Source: Candidatus Parcubacteria bacterium (GTDB taxonomy: Bacteria; Patescibacteriota; Microgenomatia; Levybacterales; GWA1-39-11). Taken from it: a DNA stretch of 64,000 nucleotides. Under the pieces are notes generated by a model. The model was not told where the DNA came from and made no database searches. It was given only the letters and a program-made list of their open reading frames with translations. The position numbers were made by a program, and so were the translations under genes. The stretch lies in NCBI GenBank assembly GCA_003599595.1, contig QZIP01000011.1, positions 2,638 through 66,637 on the forward strand, read 5' to 3'. Below are positions 45,229 through 54,386 of this stretch, one piece after another; position 1 is the first letter of the stretch, and each line of letters begins with the position of its first letter.

Positions 45229-47439
45229 CTACAAATTATATATTTGATAAATTTTAACATCTCCATTTTGATACACAACTTTCCCAATTTGGTCAAATTT
45301 TTTCTCAAACAAATCTTTGTATTTTTCCCGCTCTAAACCACCTATGTAAACATATTTGACGTTATACTTTCTAAGTATTTTTGTTGTTTTATTAGTGTCC
45401 GTATTTTCGTAAATTATTTGTATGTCTGTAATTCTTGGTGCTGGAACATCATAGCTTCCTCTCCACAACCATTCATGTACAGTCCAGCCAAGCACAGTCG
45501 GTATCCCTGTATTTGCTGAGATTCTTGCATAATCCGTATAAGAATCTCCCTGAGCTTCAAGCATAACAGGTTGTCCCTTTATATTTTTATTAATCCATAG
45601 AATCGCTTCATAATCATAAGGCCGTAGTGTTTTTAAATATTTTGTTCCATCAAGTCCTTTATAGTTAATAAATTTATTATAGTAAGAAGGTATGGCAAAA
45701 TAAGGATAAGCAAGAACTATTCCAATAAAAATCATTGATGACAAGAAAAAGGGAAAGCTTTTTGTAGTCCTTGTTATTTTAACCAAAATATAAGCACTTG
45801 AGATTGATAAAAGAATAAAAGATTGATAGACCAACTTAAACATAGTATTTGCCCGGTAATGATTTGGATAAATATCTTTTACATAAACAAACTCCGGTAC
45901 TATTATTAAGAGTGTGGATAAAAAGATCAATAGAATAACAAAATAATCTTGCACTTTCACCTGATATCTTCTTATTTTTAAAATAAATATTGAATATGAA
46001 AAAACAAAAAAGTAAAAAAATCCATAAAGAATAAAAAGTTGCCAAAGAGTAGATTTTTGGCAATGATTTGCTTCAAAAAGAAAAGGTCCAATTTTGCCGA
46101 TTTGAGTTAAAAAATGAGGGGAGCATAATACTCCAATACCGGAAACAAAAGGCTTGAAATTTAAATTAAAAGGTAAAGTAAAAACAAAATATCCAACAAC
46201 CAATACTCCAATATATTTTAAAGAGCTATAAATTTGATATTTGATATTTGATATTTGATATTTGATATTATCGTTCGAATTAGACATTTCTTTTTTAACA
46301 GTAAGCGCAATAATTACCAGCGACGATAATAGCATATAAATGGCTCCATCCCACGCATTTGTCATATACATTACTGCTAACACAAGTGCTAGCAAAGTAA
46401 AAATTAAAAACTCTCGATTATAAAAAAAACTTTTAAGTTTTAAGTTTTGGTTTTGACTTTTGACTTTTGACTTTTGAGTTTGCTTGTTTTCGGAAGATCT
46501 CAAAAAAATCGCAAGCAGTAATGCAATTGTCAACAACACAAACGGAATATCTGAAACGTGTCCGTGTAGATCTGAAACTACAAAAGAATACAGTGGAAAT
46601 TCGTGGATTGTAAAAGGAATAAACCTTGTAGCATTAGGATACCAATAGCTGTTTGGAAAAGAGCTGGCAGAAAAAAATAAAGACCAAAAAGGAATAGGAT
46701 TGTCTGTAGTGTAAGGCTTAAAAAGAGAATAAATGGTATGTAAATTGCCGGCAAATGACACAAATAATCCTGCAAAAATTCCTGTTATTACACTATTTCT
46801 TGATATTTTTCTAAAATCAAAAAGATTTAAAGCAATAGAAAAGGAAGAAGCAAATGTGAAAGAGAAAATAGTAGCAATCATTAAGTTGTAGGAAATATTT
46901 GAGGGTATTTGCGTAAATTTGGTCATAAGAGCTGCTACAAAATGACCATAATAATAGTAATTAATAGAATGGGGAGCAAACCACATATCAGCCGCCGGTA
47001 GATAATCGCTTCTAAGTATTGAATTCATAAATCCGAAATCCATATATTTTTCCAATCCGTAAATATCAGGCCCAAAACCTTTTATAAAAGACCAAAAAAG
47101 AATACCTATAAAAAACAATATCTCAAAAGCGCTATATGTTAAAAATTTTTCTTTAAAATATTTAATTGCAGATCTTTGTTTAATCAAAATTAAAATATTT
47201 ACAAATAATACAATTAATATTGAAAAATAAATTGTTTCAAGAGAAAATTGTGCAATTCTAAGAATTGAAAGCAGAAAAACAATATATGAAACAAAAATTA
47301 GACCAATTGTTTTTGCGAAGATATAGCCTTTGTCTGAAAAATCTTTAAAAATAAGTGAGGTGATCGGTAGAGATGAAGATCCAATTATCCAAAAAGCCAT
47401 CCACCACTGAATTACTAAAATCAACTCTTGTGTAGACAT
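45229..47439 (-). CDS. DUF2298 / YYY membrane protein (GT-C-like)
   Basis: EKYMDFGF, INYYYYGHF, TIHEFPLYSF...DLHGH, PTVLGW...HEWLWR. Confidence 0.85.
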   Translation of the reverse strand: MSTQELILVIQWWMAFWIIGSSSLPITSLIFKDFSDKGYIFAKTIGLIFVSYIVFLLSILRIAQFSLETIYFSILIVLFVNILILIKQRSAIKYFKEKFLTYSAFEILFFIGILFWSFIKGFGPDIYGLEKYMDFGFMNSILRSDYLPAADMWFAPHSINYYYYGHFVAALMTKFTQIPSNISYNLMIATIFSFTFASSFSIALNLFDFRKISRNSVITGIFAGLFVSFAGNLHTIYSLFKPYTTDNPIPFWSLFFSASSFPNSYWYPNATRFIPFTIHEFPLYSFVVSDLHGHVSDIPFVLLTIALLLAIFLRSSENKQTQKSKVKSQNQNLKLKSFFYNREFLIFTLLALVLAVMYMTNAWDGAIYMLLSSLVIIALTVKKEMSNSNDNIKYQISNIKYQIYSSLKYIGVLVVGYFVFTLPFNLNFKPFVSGIGVLCSPHFLTQIGKIGPFLFEANHCQKSTLWQLFILYGFFYFFVFSYSIFILKIRRYQVKVQDYFVILLIFLSTLLIIVPEFVYVKDIYPNHYRANTMFKLVYQSFILLSISSAYILVKITRTTKSFPFFLSSMIFIGIVLAYPYFAIPSYYNKFINYKGLDGTKYLKTLRPYDYEAILWINKNIKGQPVMLEAQGDSYTDYARISANTGIPTVLGWTVHEWLWRGSYDVPAPRITDIQIIYENTDTNKTTKILRKYNVKYVYIGGLEREKYKDLFEKKFDQIGKVVYQNGDVKIYQIYNL

Positions 47440-47595
47440 ATAAATATTCTATGACTAAAAAAATTCTTAAAGACTTGGGATGCCGCGGATTCTTTAATCT
47501 GCGGAATCGTAAAGTTTTTACATTGGATTACACGGATACGTAAAGAATCTGTGTTATCCTCTTGTTGTGGTCTAATGATTGTGATAATGTTCCAA

Positions 47596-48165
47596 TCATA
47601 TGTATTTATTACAGAATTCTTCAAGATCTTTAATAGGAATAATAGTAGAAGGTAAATCAAATTTGTCTTTATCGAAATTATTTTCTATCCAGTAGAAATC
47701 AATTTCAGGATGTTTTTGGGCAAGATACATCAATAGATGTAAATCATCATCAATATACTTTTTAATTTTTAACTTATTGATAATATCATCTTTAAAAAGA
47801 TGAGGCTGCTGATTTTCAAAGTTAAAGTAAAGCTCTTTAAAGTACTTTTTAAAATTATTTTTATTTAACCACTTTTCTGTCCTTTCTTTTAAAAATTGAA
47901 ACCTACTTGATATTAGAAAAATCTCAAGATCTTTTTCTTTAGTAATTTTTTTTAGAGCCTCAATGTTTCTCTTTATTGGTGGTCTAAAAAAAGTATGATG
48001 TGATAATACTCTAATTTTCTGTTCAAATCTTCCCGGAATCCTATAGGAAAGTTTATGATTGTGTTTTTTATATAAATAATTAATAACCTTGCTAGGGATC
48101 AAGGGTGGATAGTCTGCAAATACCTTATCAAAGTCAAAACCAATACGGATAGAAGCTTTATTCAT
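47596..48165 (-). CDS. HAD-superfamily 5'-nucleotidase-like protein
   Basis: IGFDFDKV, ISSR, K...YIDDD motifs. Confidence 0.75.
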   Translation of the reverse strand: MNKASIRIGFDFDKVFADYPPLIPSKVINYLYKKHNHKLSYRIPGRFEQKIRVLSHHTFFRPPIKRNIEALKKITKEKDLEIFLISSRFQFLKERTEKWLNKNNFKKYFKELYFNFENQQPHLFKDDIINKLKIKKYIDDDLHLLMYLAQKHPEIDFYWIENNFDKDKFDLPSTIIPIKDLEEFCNKYI

Positions 48166-49221
48166 TTAATATGTTTTAAATAGTTTTCCCCAACTTGTTT
48201 TTAAAAATCTTCTAATTCTTTTTCTTCCAATAAAATTATACCAATAATAATCATGATATGCGCTTGATGCTAGGTAAGACCAGGGGGCAATAATAGATTG
48301 TAAAAGAAACTTTTCTACTCTTTCAGGCAACTTATGGTAAATAAATTTTTGTCCCCGTGATGCAAAGGTATCTGCTCTTTTAAACCCCCATGTTTTTGAA
48401 ATTTTTATATTAACTTCTGGATCTGTTGGTCCTAGTTTTAAGTCTCTTGCAAGTTTTAAATATTTTAAATTTTCTGGACTAAAGCCCATTGTTTTAGCCA
48501 CTATAGCATCAACTGCCACAAGGTTACCAGATCCAAAAATATAATTTTTTTCTTCCCAATCCATTGCTCTAGGGCCTGATCCCTTTCCTACAACTGCGCC
48601 GTCAATTAATCCCAAAATTCCGGGATGTATTTCCTTTTGAATAGTCAAAAGATCAACAATTGTTTCGTGAATATAGCGGTGCGCAAAATGTCTAATCTCT
48701 CTAAGCATCCCAAAATAGTTCTTAATGGTTCCAGTGGTTGTGGTAAAAACATGCATTTTTGCCGTTGCCAAATGGATGATGTTTTTATCAAAAATAATAT
48801 TTGGGAGCATTATTCCTCTTGGGAAAATTTTATCCAAAATTAGCATTTTACCTTTTGGCTTGTATTTTATATATTTTTCATTTGTTAAATAATGCATCTT
48901 AACATTATATTTATCCAGGATTTTTTTCCATTTATTATTGACAGAACCCTCATAAACATTTGTGACAACAGTCTTGTTTTCAACCGGAATGATCTTTTTT
49001 GGGTCTATCCCATCTTCAATTAAGGTTTTTAAAACTCCTTCAAGCATCCAGGGAGGAGTTGAGCAAGCGGGGTAAAACTTTGTCCAGGAAAGATTAAGTT
49101 TTAAAACAATTTCCTTTTTAGGATCAAAAATATTTTTATAATTAATATCATTTAATAGTTTTTTATAATCATCCAGTATTGTTTGGGGAGAAGTATTAGC
49201 AATAAAGACTTTTGAATTCAT
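48166..49221 (-). CDS. DUF362 domain protein
   Basis: VLKLNLSW...ACSTPPW, KMHVFTTTTGTIKNYFG, GSGP...VAVDA...MGF. Confidence 0.85.
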   Translation of the reverse strand: MNSKVFIANTSPQTILDDYKKLLNDINYKNIFDPKKEIVLKLNLSWTKFYPACSTPPWMLEGVLKTLIEDGIDPKKIIPVENKTVVTNVYEGSVNNKWKKILDKYNVKMHYLTNEKYIKYKPKGKMLILDKIFPRGIMLPNIIFDKNIIHLATAKMHVFTTTTGTIKNYFGMLREIRHFAHRYIHETIVDLLTIQKEIHPGILGLIDGAVVGKGSGPRAMDWEEKNYIFGSGNLVAVDAIVAKTMGFSPENLKYLKLARDLKLGPTDPEVNIKISKTWGFKRADTFASRGQKFIYHKLPERVEKFLLQSIIAPWSYLASSAYHDYYWYNFIGRKRIRRFLKTSWGKLFKTY

Positions 49222-49263
49222 GGTTACTTATTGTATCACCTAAAGATTTAATAAAACAAGAAT

Positions 49264-50985
49264 TTATTTATGTCTTTTAAAGATCATTACTTTAGGATGG
49301 TCATACACCGTAAATGATTCGTCTGCCTCCTGATCGTTTATTGGAATATTGACAATTGGGATTGTTGGGTAAGACGCAAATTCTGCTACCTTTTCAAAAT
49401 TTAATCTTCCAGAGAAAAGGTCTTGATAATATTTTGCAGTTTGTCTATAACAAGAGCTTGGTGGAAGATTTGCACAGTCAGTTAGTTTTTGCAGAGGAGC
49501 ATATAATCTATTGGATGCAATAATTATGTAATCTGCTTGACTAATTTGCTGATTTATCCCCATCCATTTAAGTGGAGTATCCTGATTATAAAGCTCAAGA
49601 GTTATCATATAATAATTTTGTTGACCAAGTAAGGGAAGAGTGTCATCCCAATGTTCAATAGCAATAGATTTCCCAAGAGGAATATTTTTGTTGATCCAGT
49701 TGGTAGCTGAGGTACGGGTATTAGGTTTTGTATAAACTTGCAGAAAAGAAATTGGCCAGACTAGAAACAGAATGAAAAACAGTAAGTAAATGACAGAGAG
49801 CATTGGAGGTTTAAATCTTTTGGTAAGAAATTGAATTAGCTGAAAAAATAACATTGCTGCAAAAAGACAAAGAAGCGGATAGATAGGAAGAAGATATCTC
49901 ATAAAACCTATTGCAAATTTTCCGACAACTAAAAAATAAACCCAAAAAAAGACAGCTAGTATTGTTTCTTTTGCCCATTTTTCTTCCCTACTTCTTTTAA
50001 AAGCTAAAAAGGTAAAATAAAAAGCACCCATTATGGAAAAAAGAGAAAGAAAAGGACCTTGTCCCCAAAGAAAAAGATTCTTTACTTCATATAAGTATGG
50101 AATTTTTCCTACATACTGAAGGGTATAAGGAAAAATAAAGGGATTATATGTCATTATTCTTTGTTGAAGAGTTTGTTTAAAAAATTCAGGAAAGCTAATT
50201 AGTGCGTATGGCTCTGCGGCAAAAAAAACAACAGTAGCTGTGCAAGAGATGAGCAGGCCAAAAACAAATAATTTTTTTAATACTTTTGGAAGGTGGGGGA
50301 GCCAATTTTTTGGCTTATGGGGTGACCTAAAAAAAATTAAGAGAAAGTCAGCAAAAAGCGCAGTCCCAATTGAAACAGTAAGAAGTGAAGCACTTGTTTT
50401 AGTAGCAATAGAAAGACCAAAAGTAAAACCAATCAAGATTGCTTTTTGCAGAGTTGGTTTTTCATAAAAACAAATAAGAATGTAAAGCGTTAAAAGAGTA
50501 AAAAAGGTCAAGGGAATGTCAACAATATAAAAATGAGAGCTTTGAATGGGTAATACGCTTATTGAATAAAAAAAGGCGGAAAGTAAGCCCACTTGTTTGT
50601 TAAGCACCCTTTTTCCTAGAAAATATATTAAAATAATTGTTGAAATATCAAATAATGCAGATATATATCTTCCTAGAATATTTATATTCGCGTACTGGGA
50701 AAAAGAAGAGTCAAAAAATCCTCCCAGAACACCCGCTCCTTTAAGAAGATAAAGAGGAAAGCTTCCATAGGCAAAAAAGTGGGGATTGAGTGGGCTATTG
50801 ACTGAAAAGAATTCTGTGAAGCTGTTAGGAAAAGAGAGGGTAAGACTGTACATCGTAATCGCTCTCTCATCTGGATGAAGATGAAATCCCTGATCCCAGT
50901 TTAGGCCATAAAATCGAAATACTCCACTAATTAGGATTATGAAAAACAAAATTTTAATCGGGTAAAAACGCTGATTCATAAACAT
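49264..50985 (-). CDS. GT39/ArnT-PMT family polyprenyl-phosphate glycosyltransferase
   Basis: RFYGLNWDQGFHLHPDER, PHFFAYGSFP, many TMs, RYLLP, FTVYDHP tail. Confidence 0.88.
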   Translation of the reverse strand: MFMNQRFYPIKILFFIILISGVFRFYGLNWDQGFHLHPDERAITMYSLTLSFPNSFTEFFSVNSPLNPHFFAYGSFPLYLLKGAGVLGGFFDSSFSQYANINILGRYISALFDISTIILIYFLGKRVLNKQVGLLSAFFYSISVLPIQSSHFYIVDIPLTFFTLLTLYILICFYEKPTLQKAILIGFTFGLSIATKTSASLLTVSIGTALFADFLLIFFRSPHKPKNWLPHLPKVLKKLFVFGLLISCTATVVFFAAEPYALISFPEFFKQTLQQRIMTYNPFIFPYTLQYVGKIPYLYEVKNLFLWGQGPFLSLFSIMGAFYFTFLAFKRSREEKWAKETILAVFFWVYFLVVGKFAIGFMRYLLPIYPLLCLFAAMLFFQLIQFLTKRFKPPMLSVIYLLFFILFLVWPISFLQVYTKPNTRTSATNWINKNIPLGKSIAIEHWDDTLPLLGQQNYYMITLELYNQDTPLKWMGINQQISQADYIIIASNRLYAPLQKLTDCANLPPSSCYRQTAKYYQDLFSGRLNFEKVAEFASYPTIPIVNIPINDQEADESFTVYDHPKVMIFKRHK

Positions 50986-50987
50986 TA

Positions 50988-51097
50988 AAAACGTAAAGCG
51001 AAAAGTGCAAAGCGCAAAACTAAAGTTTAAAACTTAAAACTTTGACTTTTGAGTTTTGGTTTTGAGCTTTTAATCCGATTAAATCGGATTTGAGCTT
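50988..51097. repeat. 7-bp-periodic inverted-repeat element
   Basis: AAAGyGn units then TTTTGAn units, with nested AATCCGATTAAATCGGATT. Confidence 0.75.
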
Positions 51098-52753
51098 TTA
51101 CTTTTTAGCTTTCTGAAAGATAAACAGTGTTGGTCTATCAAAAACATTCACCGTTTCTTCAAATCTAAAAACAGGATCTCCTAAATAAGTTGTTTTACAA
51201 AAAAAATCACAAGGAGTTTCATAAATCTTATTATATCCAAGTTTGCCTGAAAAAAGATTTCTATAAAATGTACTGCTAATGGGAAATCTTTTAGGATTCA
51301 CAAGTCTTGTTCTGGTTACTCTTGGACTTGCAAGAATAATATAGTCACTTTCCCCCACCTCTGTCAAGAAATTACTATTGTGTGGATTATGGTCTATATT
51401 GTAAAAATTATAAAGTTTAATATTGTTAAAATACTGGTTAAAAGGAAGAATTCCCAAGTCATAAACCTCACTTAAAATTCTTGCATCTGGGCTAATTTCC
51501 CCTTTTGCAACAATACTGGCAGAAGCCCTAGTATCACCTTTTAAATAAACTGTTGTAAAGAAAGAAAAAGCAAAAAACAAATTACTTAAAATTATAATTA
51601 CTAAAAAAATAATATTAATTTTTTTTAAACTATTTATGGCACTTTTTTTATTCAGTTGTTCAGCTAACGAAATTAAAAAAAGTGAAATTATTAGGTATGC
51701 AAATGGTAGACTTGGAACAATATACCTTGTCCACTTTACAAAAAGAAAAGATTGAGAGAAAAATATAATTACAAAAAACATAATTAAAAACATACTCTTT
51801 TTACCGCCCCTTTTTAAAGAGACAAAAGACAAATAAAGCAGTGCAAAAATAAAAGTCACAGAAAGTAGTGGATTAAGTAAAAAAGGAAGCGTATTTATAG
51901 ACTGGTAAAGTACAGGAGTAGTGTCATAAAATCCCTGTGTGTAAAAAACCGGTAGAGCTCCTATAGCAACTGAGGATTCATATTTAAAACTGTTTTGGAA
52001 AGAAGAGAAGTCTAAAAAAACAAAAGGAGAAAATATTGAAAAGGTTGTTAAAGAAAGAAATAGAATCCCAAAAATTTGTTTTAGTTTCAACATTAATCTT
52101 TGTTTGTGATTTACCAATAAAAAAACAATTACAGGAACCGGAAGAAATATAAGAGAGGATATTTTAATAGAAATTAGTGTTCCCACAACAACAGAAGAAT
52201 AAAGTAGATACTTATATTTTTGCTTTATAATGTAGCTTAACAAACAATAAAACAAAAGAAGAGAAAAAAATGTAAGCCACATTTCAAAAGTTCCAAAATG
52301 TGAATATTGAATAAATCCGGGGCTTGCTGATGCAAGGATTAGAGCAAGAAAACCCGTCCTTTTATCTTTAATTAATTTACCCGTATTATATAAAAGAAAG
52401 AGAATAAGAAAGGAAAAAATTAAAGAGTAAATCCTACTAATGATTATTGTTTGGCCAAATGAAATTATAAAGTTATCAATAACCGGATTGTTAAATAGGG
52501 AATTTGCCAAATTCCAGACAAGACCCTGAAAATAAATTGCATAAATTGGCAGGCTGCCATAGGCAAAAAAATGCGGATTCATTTGTTGGGGAAATCTTAA
52601 TTGTGTAACAGCAGAAGCAATATTTCTTTCATCAGGATGAAAATAAAATGGAGAGCCCCAGTTGAGATTATAAACTCTAAAAAATACTCCTAGTAGTATT
52701 ATTATTAATAAAAGTATGTTTGTAAAACTTAATTTTATTCTAATTAAATCCAT
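51098..52753 (-). CDS. GT39/ArnT-PMT family glycosyltransferase (paralog)
   Basis: RVYNLNWG..FHPDER, PHFFAYGSLP, RYIVP, VFDRP. Start set at MDLIR because the upstream extension reads through a repeat element. Confidence 0.88.
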   Translation of the reverse strand: MDLIRIKLSFTNILLLIIILLGVFFRVYNLNWGSPFYFHPDERNIASAVTQLRFPQQMNPHFFAYGSLPIYAIYFQGLVWNLANSLFNNPVIDNFIISFGQTIIISRIYSLIFSFLILFLLYNTGKLIKDKRTGFLALILASASPGFIQYSHFGTFEMWLTFFSLLLFYCLLSYIIKQKYKYLLYSSVVVGTLISIKISSLIFLPVPVIVFLLVNHKQRLMLKLKQIFGILFLSLTTFSIFSPFVFLDFSSFQNSFKYESSVAIGALPVFYTQGFYDTTPVLYQSINTLPFLLNPLLSVTFIFALLYLSFVSLKRGGKKSMFLIMFFVIIFFSQSFLFVKWTRYIVPSLPFAYLIISLFLISLAEQLNKKSAINSLKKINIIFLVIIILSNLFFAFSFFTTVYLKGDTRASASIVAKGEISPDARILSEVYDLGILPFNQYFNNIKLYNFYNIDHNPHNSNFLTEVGESDYIILASPRVTRTRLVNPKRFPISSTFYRNLFSGKLGYNKIYETPCDFFCKTTYLGDPVFRFEETVNVFDRPTLFIFQKAKK

Positions 52754-52764
52754 AATGCTAATCT

Positions 52765-53075
52765 CTAAAAGATCAAATCTCAAATCTCCCCCCCGATTAA
52801 ACCGGGGTCAAATATCAAAAACAAGTTTCGTCCAGAGGACGATCTAGTCCAAAGGACTATTGGCCTGTGGTCAAAGCCTTTGGCTGACAAAGATGATTAA
52901 AGAATAAAGAACAATGATTAACGAATAATGATTGATGAATAATGAATACAAAAACAAAATCATCAATCATCAATCATCAATCATTAATCAAAGTAATTGG
53001 TTTTTAGCTTTGAATTAGGTTTTGATTTTCCCGCTTCGCGAGGCGAGTGCACTTTGATCTTTGCACTTTAAAGTA
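52765..53075. repeat. Nested 7-bp-periodic and palindromic repeat cluster
   Basis: Outer TCAAAnn/nnTTTGA arms, inner AATGAnn/AATCATC arrays and several GC-rich hairpins. Confidence 0.75.
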
Positions 53076-53085
53076 ATCAGATCAA

Positions 53086-54381
53086 TTATTTATCTCTTTC
53101 AGTTATCATTTCCGCCACTTTCTCTCCCATCTCCACAGCATAATTTGTTCCTCTATCCCAAGGATAAACCTGTTGGATATTTGCAAGATAAACATTATTA
53201 AGAGGAGTAGTAAAGCTTGGTATAATTTTTGAGTAATTAATTGGAATTAGGGGTTGAGCAAAAGGAGCCCTAAAAACCTTATAGTCAATAATCTCTTTTT
53301 TATAGTTTTCGTTCATCTTTCTTAAATAAGGATCATAAGTCTTTAAAATTTCTTCATCGCTTTTTTGAAAATAGGAATGATTAAACGGCAAATATTTCCC
53401 TACATATATTATATGCTCGTTATTATAAAAAGATTTATCCATAAAATTGGTATGTTCAACAACTGCCATTGCAGGAGAATTTTTGTCACAAACACTGAGC
53501 CAATAAATATCTTTAGGAAAAAAAGGTTTTTTAAGTCTTATGACAACATTGATTGCACCAAGTCCTTTTAAAAGACTTAATTTTTTTTGATAATTAGAAG
53601 GTAAACCGCGGGCAATCTTTAAGAATGTAAAAGATGGTAAGGTTACAATGACCTTGTCAAACTCGAATTCTTTTGTTCTAATGTTCTTAGATTTGATTTT
53701 CAGTTTGATCTTATTTTTACTTTCTATTTCATTTACCTGAGTTTCAAAATGTATTTTTCCGCCTTTTTTTTCAATCTCCTGTACTAAGTTTTTTGCAAAT
53801 TCCAAAAAACCTTTTTCAGGATAAGCAAGTTTTGTTGTCCTCTTTTTTATTCTGGCCCAGAACCACGCAAGAGATATTTCATCTGCGTTTTTTCCAAACT
53901 TTCCTACAAGTTGCGGTTCCCAAATCATTTTATATGCCTTCTTTCCCATAAGCTTTGGCAGGGTTCTAGTTGTTTTGAGTTTTTCCAAAGGTTTCCAAAA
54001 AGGATTGTATCTGAAGATTGCTAGTACAAGAGACATCCTTAGCCGTTGCAATAGAGAAAGTTTTGGGAAAGTAAGCGCTTTTAAAGGAGAATCAAGTTGA
54101 AGAATCTCATTATCAACAAAAACAGAGGTATTGGGTCTTTCAATTATTATTTTATGACCAATCTCTTTTGCAAGATCTAGTACTTTATTATCATTTGTAA
54201 AAAAATGGTGATAGTGTTTCTCTAATGTCCAATTCCAGGAAGGATCTTTAAAGCCATCTGCAAGCCCTCCAGGCCATCTTTCTTTTTCAAAGATAGTAAC
54301 CTTATACCCAAGCTTGAGTAGTTGTAGACCTGCTGCAAGACCAGTAAATCCTGCTCCGCAAATTGCTATAGATTTACTCAT
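53086..54381 (-). CDS. FAD-dependent oxidoreductase (amine oxidase/protoporphyrinogen oxidase-like)
   Basis: GAGFTGLAAG...FEK...GGLA, EKHYHH, YPWDRGTNYAVEMG. Confidence 0.88.
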   Translation of the reverse strand: MSKSIAICGAGFTGLAAGLQLLKLGYKVTIFEKERWPGGLADGFKDPSWNWTLEKHYHHFFTNDNKVLDLAKEIGHKIIIERPNTSVFVDNEILQLDSPLKALTFPKLSLLQRLRMSLVLAIFRYNPFWKPLEKLKTTRTLPKLMGKKAYKMIWEPQLVGKFGKNADEISLAWFWARIKKRTTKLAYPEKGFLEFAKNLVQEIEKKGGKIHFETQVNEIESKNKIKLKIKSKNIRTKEFEFDKVIVTLPSFTFLKIARGLPSNYQKKLSLLKGLGAINVVIRLKKPFFPKDIYWLSVCDKNSPAMAVVEHTNFMDKSFYNNEHIIYVGKYLPFNHSYFQKSDEEILKTYDPYLRKMNENYKKEIIDYKVFRAPFAQPLIPINYSKIIPSFTTPLNNVYLANIQQVYPWDRGTNYAVEMGEKVAEMITERDK

Positions 54382-54386
54382 TTAGA

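Noticed and set aside
50611-50640. dif-like TTCCTAGAAAATATATTA
   Set aside because: Lies inside a glycosyltransferase CDS and lacks a proper XerD arm.
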